A DNA stretch of 33,448 nt from a virus. Its lineage: Duplodnaviria > Caudoviricetes. Under the pieces are notes generated by a model that did not search any database, was not told the origin of the DNA, and saw only the letters and a list, made by a program, of their open reading frames with translations. Shown piece by piece: positions 18,279-26,000 of this stretch; the first letter of the stretch is position 1; every line of letters starts with the position of its first letter. The translations under genes were made by a program, and so were the position numbers. The stretch lies in IMG/VR virus record IMGVR_UViG_3300005512_000173, positions 1-33,448 of that record. The stretch is one strand, 5' to 3'.

Positions 18279-19535
18279 TTAACCGCCAAGTGCGATTACT
18301 AGACCGATTGAAGCACCGGGAGTGACCGTAACAGTAGCAATACCATTAACGGTGGGTTGACAACTGAACGCTGTGCCAGTTGATGATCTAAAATCAATGA
18401 AACTGACACCCGTGCCAATGGCAGTTCCTTCAGATCCAATACCAATTACCTTACCTGTACCTTCAAAAGTTGTAGCAGTAAGAACACCAGATACATGAAC
18501 ATTTGAATTTATATCAACTGGAGAAGCGAATGTGCTGAATCCAGATACGTTTAGGTTATCAAGTTCAGTGTGACCATCAATATCAACTGCACCATTGAAG
18601 TCTGCAGCACCTGTGAAGGTTGATGCACCAGATACATTTACATCATCAAGTTCAGTATGACCATCAATATCAACTGCACCATTGAAATCTGCAGCACCAG
18701 TAAACGTTGATGCTCCACCAACAAGAATGTCAGTTGAGATATCAACTTGAGCATTAATATCAACGTTAGATGCAAAGGTTGAGAATCCTGCAACATTTAC
18801 ATTATCAAGTTCACTGTGACCATCAACATCAATATCAGCATTTGCATCAATGTTACCACTGAATGTGGACACACCAGCAACTTCTAGTGTGGAAACACTT
18901 GTAACACCTAAAGTTGATACTCCACTTACATTTAAGTTTCTACCAACAATTTCATCATAAGTAATGTCGCCACCAACATCTAAATTTCCGGCGACTGTTA
19001 AAGCACCAGAAACATGTGCATTACCAACAACGGCAAGTTTTGCTACTGGATTGGTGCTACCAATGCCAACCTTACCTCCAATAAAGACATCACTACTTAC
19101 GCCAGTGACTTGAAGTATTTGATTAGCAGTTCCTGTAGATGCTGCCGTACCAATTTTCAGAGTGCCTGCTGTAACAGTGGCCATGCCACCAACAGCTAAG
19201 TTTCTTTCAATAACAACGTCTGTTCCGATACTTGATCCACCACCACCGCCAGCAAAAATCTGAACGCCACCTACGAATAGGTCATTGCGAACAGAAACAT
19301 CACCACTAAAAGTAGCAAAACCAACAAATGTAGAGGGTCCAGTAACCCTGAGATTAGCAATGGTTGCAACACCAGTTACATTTAAATTGGTGACGCCAAT
19401 TCCACCTTTTACATGAAAGGTATCTGTTATTGTGGTAGTGCCTATACCAATCTTGCCATTATCAGCATCAGCAACGATTAAGTTGGTATTTACCTCTAAA
19501 CCATTTTTTATGACAAAATTTTTATTAATTGCCAT
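18279..19535 (-). CDS. Tail fibre-like structural protein (418 aa) with internal repeats
   Basis: MAINKNFVIKNGLEV start, GIGT modules, DGHTELD repeats, IGLVIALGG end; ACTAAATA at 19566-19573. Confidence 0.8.
   Translation of the reverse strand: MAINKNFVIKNGLEVNTNLIVADADNGKIGIGTTTITDTFHVKGGIGVTNLNVTGVATIANLRVTGPSTFVGFATFSGDVSVRNDLFVGGVQIFAGGGGGSSIGTDVVIERNLAVGGMATVTAGTLKIGTAASTGTANQILQVTGVSSDVFIGGKVGIGSTNPVAKLAVVGNAHVSGALTVAGNLDVGGDITYDEIVGRNLNVSGVSTLGVTSVSTLEVAGVSTFSGNIDANADIDVDGHSELDNVNVAGFSTFASNVDINAQVDISTDILVGGASTFTGAADFNGAVDIDGHTELDDVNVSGASTFTGAADFNGAVDIDGHTELDNLNVSGFSTFASPVDINSNVHVSGVLTATTFEGTGKVIGIGSEGTAIGTGVSFIDFRSSTGTAFSCQPTVNGIATVTVTPGASIGLVIALGG
18541..18850 (-). repeat. 87-bp (29-aa) tandem repeat GASTFTGAADFNGAVDIDGHTELDxxNVS plus a third diverged copy
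   Basis: atcaagttca anchors at 18558 and 18645 (87 apart) and at 18804. Confidence 0.9.
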
Positions 19536-19579
19536 TTGGGTTCACTTTCCCCCACTATTTTTTACTATTTAGTAAATTT

Positions 19580-20821
19580 TTACGTCCGTAATTGTATGAT
19601 TGCTTTTGCGCTAAACGGATCAGCATCCTTCGCTTGAGGGAAATCTGCATTGGTGGTAGAGATAATAGTTACACTACCATTTGAGTATCCAGATCCACCT
19701 CCTCCACCACCAGTTTCGGATGTGGCTGCCGTTCCTCCTATTGCTCCAGATCCACCTCCACTTCCAACAAAACCACTATTACCCCCATTGAAACGATATC
19801 CATATTGACCAATTGGATATTTAATATCTGCCTTAAATCCTCTGTTTATTGATTGAGAAGAGTTTCCAACTTCTGTACCTTCTGCAGTTCTGAATTTAAT
19901 ATTTCCTAATTTCTCACAAGGTGCTTTTCCTTGAGTTGCCCAGTAATAACCTGTGGTGCAAGGTTCAACTCTTCCACCATTTCTACCAGATACCAAAACT
20001 CCTGTTGCTGGTAGTGCTCCGTTCAAAACTCCTGTACCACCTGAACCAGCACCAGATCCTTGACCAGCAGATCCTTTAATGCCAGCACCTCCACCATTGC
20101 CACCAGCGCCAGCAGTGCCAGCACCTCCACCGCCACCAGAGCAAACTAATAAAGTTCCTTGCTCATAAAAGTATGCAGCAGGGCCACCACCGCCAGATGA
20201 TTGAGCAGGACCAACGGTTTTGCCAAGTTTTAACACATATTCAGTATTTGCAAGGAGAGTATAATCAAAAATAGTTCTTCCCCCTTTGCCACCACGATGG
20301 TTACTATTGCCTTTCCCCCCAGCACCATCGAGTGTAATTCTTACGGGGACATCTTTAGTGGAATAAATGACAAAAGAATTTAGATAATTATCATCATTTA
20401 CATCTACTTGTAGATTTTTTTGGAAAAGATTTGTGGTAGATACAGAGAAATCTCCCGTTGAATCATTGATTGTTTCTAAAACAACTTCTGATGATTCTAA
20501 GTTACTTTGACTGATAGTATAGAAATTTGCATCATCAGAGGTAATACTCGTTGGAGTGGTGGGGATTGAAGATCCATTTATTTCACAAGAAACTGTTTGT
20601 GTTTTTACAGAATCACACTTTATAGTCAGAGTATCAGTATCAGTTCCTGAAACAGTGGTTGTTTCAGTGACTGTTTCACCACTAACACTAGTTTTTTTAT
20701 ATGAAACTTGTATAAAAGGATTAACTCCATCAATTGCTTCATTTATTTTAGTTATAGATCCACCTGTAGTTGTTGATCTAAATCTGCTAGTTCCTCCTCC
20801 ACCACCGCCTGCTTTTGCCAT
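19580..20821 (-). CDS. Ig-like plus glycine-rich adhesin (probable C-terminal half of a split gene)
   Basis: Starts MAKAGGGGGGTSRF, contains a TDTLTI Ig-like strand and a long glycine-rich domain. Confidence 0.7.
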   Translation of the reverse strand: MAKAGGGGGGTSRFRSTTTGGSITKINEAIDGVNPFIQVSYKKTSVSGETVTETTTVSGTDTDTLTIKCDSVKTQTVSCEINGSSIPTTPTSITSDDANFYTISQSNLESSEVVLETINDSTGDFSVSTTNLFQKNLQVDVNDDNYLNSFVIYSTKDVPVRITLDGAGGKGNSNHRGGKGGRTIFDYTLLANTEYVLKLGKTVGPAQSSGGGGPAAYFYEQGTLLVCSGGGGGAGTAGAGGNGGGAGIKGSAGQGSGAGSGGTGVLNGALPATGVLVSGRNGGRVEPCTTGYYWATQGKAPCEKLGNIKFRTAEGTEVGNSSQSINRGFKADIKYPIGQYGYRFNGGNSGFVGSGGGSGAIGGTAATSETGGGGGGSGYSNGSVTIISTTNADFPQAKDADPFSAKAIIQLRT

Positions 20822-20822
20822 C

Positions 20823-21164
20823 TTAAGATACCTCGTATTTTACTTCTAATGCGGTTAACATTTGTTGGATTTTTCTGTACACTTCAACTAGTTCTTGATC
20901 TGCCTCAATAATTTCAACCATGGGATCTACAAAAGTTTCATCAATCTCAATCCAGTTCTCTTCTGTATCAACACCTAATTCTCTCATTTTGTTTATAATT
21001 TTTTCACCTCTGCGGTAGTATTCTTCTACCACAGAATCTAAACCATTTTTAGAAAATCCTATGAGATAGTCAACTTCCCAATCATCATATGGGTTATCAT
21101 TTTTGACAATTGCATTGTAGATAACACAATTGTCAAAATTACTGCGAAGATTACTAAGATCCAT
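20823..21164 (-). CDS. Acidic hypothetical protein (113 aa)
   Basis: ORF coupled by TAATG to the upstream gene and 1 nt from the downstream gene; D/E-rich. Confidence 0.65.
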   Translation of the reverse strand: MDLSNLRSNFDNCVIYNAIVKNDNPYDDWEVDYLIGFSKNGLDSVVEEYYRRGEKIINKMRELGVDTEENWIEIDETFVDPMVEIIEADQELVEVYRKIQQMLTALEVKYEVS

Positions 21165-23014
21165 TATTTAAATAATCGTTTAATCTTATTTAACAAAGAA
21201 TCAATTGCAGAAATAGTGCCAGTAGACAGTAATAAGATAGTGACAATTTTCCATATCAAGAAGACTTTAAGAGTCTGGTTCATCTTCTTATCACTCTTTG
21301 CTCTACCAACCCAACGGCATAATGGTATTCCAATCTGCATCATTAAGTTACCGGCAGGATTTGATTTCTCATACCCTTTGGCATCCATACGATATGCCAT
21401 TTCTTCTGCCCAAGGTCTAGCAAGACTATCCATATAATAACATACTAGTTTTTGTTGGAGATAGATTCTCTTATCATCATCTCTCTCCCAGAAGAATGTA
21501 ATCTTTCTGAAAGATTCTGGACCACCACCATCCATTAGATCAACGACAGTTCTTGCCCAGACGATGTAACCATCATATGCTACAGGATCATTCTTCTTCA
21601 ACCAAACTGCAAACCGCTGATCGGCATCATTCATCTCCTTGTCCTTGAAATATCCAAGGGTAGCAAGATTCTTACAAATAATTGATCCTCTTCTTCTTCT
21701 CCTCCTTCTCCGTGGCGGTGGAGGAGGTGGCGGTGGCGGTGGCGGCGGCGGTGGAGGTGGAGGAGGTGGTGGCGGCGGTGGCGGTGGCGGCGGAGGTGGT
21801 GGTGGCGGTGGCGCAATATTTCCACCAGCACTACCAGCAGTTCCACCTCTATATCCTGATCCTCCTGCTCCACCTCCTCCACCAGAGGAAATGTCTTGAC
21901 CATCTTGACCATCTGCTTCAGTATCATTAGCATTATCAAGATCTAAGGAACTTAATGCAGAAAATCCTCCAGCATTAGATCCTCCATCAGAGGTTCCAGA
22001 GTTTTGGGCTCCTCCTCCACCTCCTCCTCCACCACCAGCAGCGATGATGAATTCTCCTAGTGTGGCATCATAAACGAAAGATCCCGATCCTCCTCCACCT
22101 CCAGATGAATTTCCTGATCCTCCCTCTCCACCTTTAAGTATAGTAAAATTGGTGTCATTTCCACCACGTGTGCCAGTTGCTCCAGCGGTTCCTATGTATA
22201 GTTTTAACTCTCTTCCTCCATCAGGAAGAGTAAATGTTCCTCTTGCTCCATATCCTCCTCCACCACCAGTTCCATTTTGATAATTACCGCCGCTTCCTCC
22301 ACGACCACCTTGTATTTCTATTCTAACATCGGTCGCATCGTCTGGAATTTCTACGGTTAGTTCGCCATCATTGGTGTTTGTGGTTAAATATTTTGTATTA
22401 GAGTTGTCCTTTGTTGATGTTGTTGTAACAGTTCCATCAGAAATTTCACTTCCATTTAAACTCCATTGATATGATACATCACCCTGAGTTGTATCAGTTA
22501 AGACAGGTGTAACAGTAAAAGTGGCATTACTATCAATAACTGCCGTTTGGTCTGATGGTTGAGTTGGGAGAGAAAGACCAGGATTAATTGAAAGAGTTGC
22601 AATTCCAGATGTAATCGGTTCATTGATTGCATCACCACTAGTTTTTTCATTATCATCACGAGAGATTGGAAGATACGAAGATTCTAGATAATATTCACTA
22701 TTATGTTGATCAGGACTCAATGCATAATCTATGCTAAGAGTGGTGCTGTCTTGTCCAGAATAAAAAGTTGATCCTGCACTGAGAGCACTAAAAGAGGATT
22801 CTGTTGCTAATCTACGATACCATTGATACTGAATCGCACCATCACTTTCTGCATCTGTAACAGACTCTGGGAAAGTAGCAGTAGCAACTCCAATAAAACT
22901 ACCGCTACTGGTGTGATTTATGGTAGCACTAGATGGTTCTGACGTGAAAGACAGAGATGGTCCATTTAGGAATAACTTAGTGGGAGTTTCATCCCATTGT
23001 TGATTTAAACTCAT
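21164..23014 (-). CDS. Ig-like / glycine-rich protein with Pro33-Arg8 linker, SIIC domain and C-terminal hydrophobic helix
   Basis: IQYQWYRR and VSYQWSLNG Ig-like motifs, Gly-rich domain, poly-Pro. Start at 23014 gives an ATGA overlap with the upstream gene. Confidence 0.75.
   Translation of the reverse strand: MSLNQQWDETPTKLFLNGPSLSFTSEPSSATINHTSSGSFIGVATATFPESVTDAESDGAIQYQWYRRLATESSFSALSAGSTFYSGQDSTTLSIDYALSPDQHNSEYYLESSYLPISRDDNEKTSGDAINEPITSGIATLSINPGLSLPTQPSDQTAVIDSNATFTVTPVLTDTTQGDVSYQWSLNGSEISDGTVTTTSTKDNSNTKYLTTNTNDGELTVEIPDDATDVRIEIQGGRGGSGGNYQNGTGGGGGYGARGTFTLPDGGRELKLYIGTAGATGTRGGNDTNFTILKGGEGGSGNSSGGGGGSGSFVYDATLGEFIIAAGGGGGGGGGAQNSGTSDGGSNAGGFSALSSLDLDNANDTEADGQDGQDISSGGGGGAGGSGYRGGTAGSAGGNIAPPPPPPPPPPPPPPPPPPPPPPPPPPPPPPPPPRRRRRRRRGSIICKNLATLGYFKDKEMNDADQRFAVWLKKNDPVAYDGYIVWARTVVDLMDGGGPESFRKITFFWERDDDKRIYLQQKLVCYYMDSLARPWAEEMAYRMDAKGYEKSNPAGNLMMQIGIPLCRWVGRAKSDKKMNQTLKVFLIWKIVTILLLSTGTISAIDSLLNKIKRLFK
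21689..21811 (-). repeat. 33 consecutive Pro codons followed by 8 Arg codons
   Basis: 21713-21811 is 33 CCA/CCG/CCT codons with no CCC; 21689-21712 is 8 Arg codons. Confidence 0.95.
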
Positions 23015-26000
23015 CCGAAGTTCTGTCCTCCAACTACTCCGTAAAGTTCGGTACAACCATTAAATGATTTGAACGAATAGATGTCTGATTTTCCTGCACC
23101 CACGGTAACCACAGGGAGAACTCCACCTGGCCAATAAACTGGTATGTCATTACCACCATCATTTTTGAACGTGTCTATACCAACGTTGCGACCAGTGCTT
23201 CCTTGAGTGATTTTGATTGTGAATGTAGTAACATCATCAGGAGTATTTAGAAGCGTGAATTGAGTGATTTCCTCAGTTGTTGTGATCGTGAAGTTTTGTG
23301 CAATTTGTAAATCAAGATTGACATTACCAGAAGAACTGGTAACTGCACTGACCTCCTCAAAATATGACTTGAGGCGAACTCTATCATTAACATCAAGTTT
23401 TGCTCTTGGGCTGGCCGTGCCAATACCAATTCGCGCAGAAGATGTTGTAAGAACTGTTCCAGAGGTTCCGACAACCAAGTCTCCAGTTGTAACAATACCA
23501 GCATTAATTTGACCAGAAGTTCCATTATTTAACTTAAAGTTGTCTGCGGTGATGATACCACTGACAGATATATCAGTCGCTGCAATTCCTGAGTTGAATA
23601 CTGATATTCCTCCCTCAACAAATAGTGCAGTTCTACCAAGACCGGCGTTACCGACATGTAAATTATGTTCTGGAACGCTCGTTCCAACACCAACGTTTGC
23701 AGTGGTTGGACTTGCTCCAGTAAAAGCACTATTGTAAATACCAGTTCCAAGTCCAGATGCTACTTGTTGCCAACCTGTTGCAGTTGCATTCAAGTTTGTC
23801 AGATTATTTCCGTCACCATGTAAGAACGTCGCAGTGATAACACCGACATTTATGTTGCCACCAAAGTCAGAATCACCAACAACACGCAATGCTTTACCGT
23901 TTGCGGTAGTTCCAATTCCAACACCATCTCCGTCAACAGCAAAGAGACTTGAACCTGCTCCAACTCTGAGAGTAGAATTTGAAAGAGTTGTAGTTGCGAT
24001 TCCAACTTGATCAAACAAGTATTGGTCAGCATCCTTAGACAGGCTTACGTTACCAAATCTCTTCCAATCTTGGTTTACGGTGTAGACCCAACCAACATAT
24101 TTTCCTTGCTCTGGGTTCTCATAGTAAACTACATCACCTGGAGTTCCTGCAGTGGTTGGAGTTGCAATTCCAACTGTGTGCTTACGGGAAACTGTAGAGT
24201 CTCCTTGAATAAACACGGAACTTGCTTCAATACCCTTAGATGATGTAGATGTAATTTTGTTAGTGAAGATTACAGGACCAGTAAATTCTGATGCTGACTT
24301 ACCTTCTGCACCACCATCAACACGAAGAGTATTTGCGACAACTCCATCAGTTACGTTAAGTATATTGATTGACTTGTTCTTTGAAATATCCTCACCAGTT
24401 GTGGTTCTGATTGGACTATCAAAGATTTCCTCCTGACCAGTGACACTACTTAACTTCTTATTACCAGAGAATGAAATACCTCTGTCATTCATACCAGTGA
24501 AGAAGTTAACACCACCAGACTCTTTAATAGTTTGTGCTAACAACTCCTCGCTAGAGGATATGCTTCTGTCTTGTCTATCAGGAAGAGCAGTTGAGTAGTT
24601 ACCTGGACCAAATCCAACATATTCAAAAGTATGACCAGATGCTCTGTTAATAGAGTGCCTTCTCAGTTCAACTGGGAATGGTTTGATTTTACGAACTATT
24701 GATCCGTTAACGTGTGTGACCGCTCTTGTTCCAAGTGCAGCACGGAATACTGTAACTGGGTTAGATGCTGGGTTAGCAGGAGCGGTTTTGATTCTAACAA
24801 TCTCATCATCAATTGAGAGGTAATCACCAATCATGAGTCCAAGATCTGCAACACCTGTCAGACTAATACTTTCTGATGTTGCATCAGAGATACCAGATGA
24901 AAGTGTTGTGGTGATTCCTGCATATTGTGGAACCATTCTACCATTAAGACTCTCATTCTCAATGGTTGGAATACCATCATTAGATTGAACACCTCCACGT
25001 AATGCAAACATGGAAGAACCAGTGACAGATGTTGTGTTAGTTGCTCCAGAACCAACCAGAACACTAAACTGAGTCAAACTGATATTTTCTTTAATAACAA
25101 AGTCGCTATTAAATGCAGTTAAAGTTGAGATACCAGTTGAAATTCTAATCTTGTTGTTGACTCTCAATCCATGGTTGGTGCTTGTTGTTACTGTTGCAAT
25201 ACCAGAAGTAGGATCGAATGCAAATGCACTAATACCCAATGCTTGACCAGTTAGATATGCTGTGGCATTTGCTAGTACGTTAGTTCCAATTCCAGTGGTG
25301 CTTACACCAGATAATATATCTCCACTAACGACGAAACTCTTCGCCGCACCAACTTCTAACCCTGTCAACCTGTAAAGAGTATTATATGGTTTATTGGATT
25401 CAGAACTTACTCCACTGATTCTGATAACATCACCAACATTATTGGAAATAGAAGTAACGGTAACGACTGCAGGTGTATGTGTTACGCCTGTTGTTGCGAT
25501 ACCAACAACGTGCATGGTATTACCAATTCCATAAGCACTACCACCATCCATGATTTGGATTGCAGTAATTCCTCCACTAGCAGCAACATCAACTTTTGCC
25601 GTAGCATGTTCACCAGTTGTTGAACTGCCAATAGATATCAGTCGTGCATTGAAGTAAGTGGCTTCAGCACCAGTTCCATAGTTTGCACCACTACTCGCGA
25701 TACTTGCGCGAACAACACCATTGAATCCGTGATCAATTTCAGTATGAATTGTGTGTGTTGATCTACCTACTCCTGATACTATGTCTGTAAGTCCAACACC
25801 AACATCAGTATCATTGATAAACTTGTTGATGGTTTCTCTTGTAATACTCTTCTTAACATCATCAACAACAACCTCACCAATCGTTTGGGAGATAGCAAGA
25901 GATGCACTTTCCTCAGGATCAGATAAAGGAGTGTCTTTATCTCTTTGTGGGAATAAATTTACAATCGGTTGTGCAAACTCACTGGCAGTAAAAGGAGAAG

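Noticed and set aside
18541-18850. CRISPR-like array
   Set aside because: The repeats are in-frame coding units without unique spacers, and no cas genes are present.
21631-21939. Plus-strand poly-Gly ORF and other alternative-frame ORFs over the poly-Pro tract
   Set aside because: Shadow frames of the CCN repeat; no expression signals, and all supported genes are on the minus strand.
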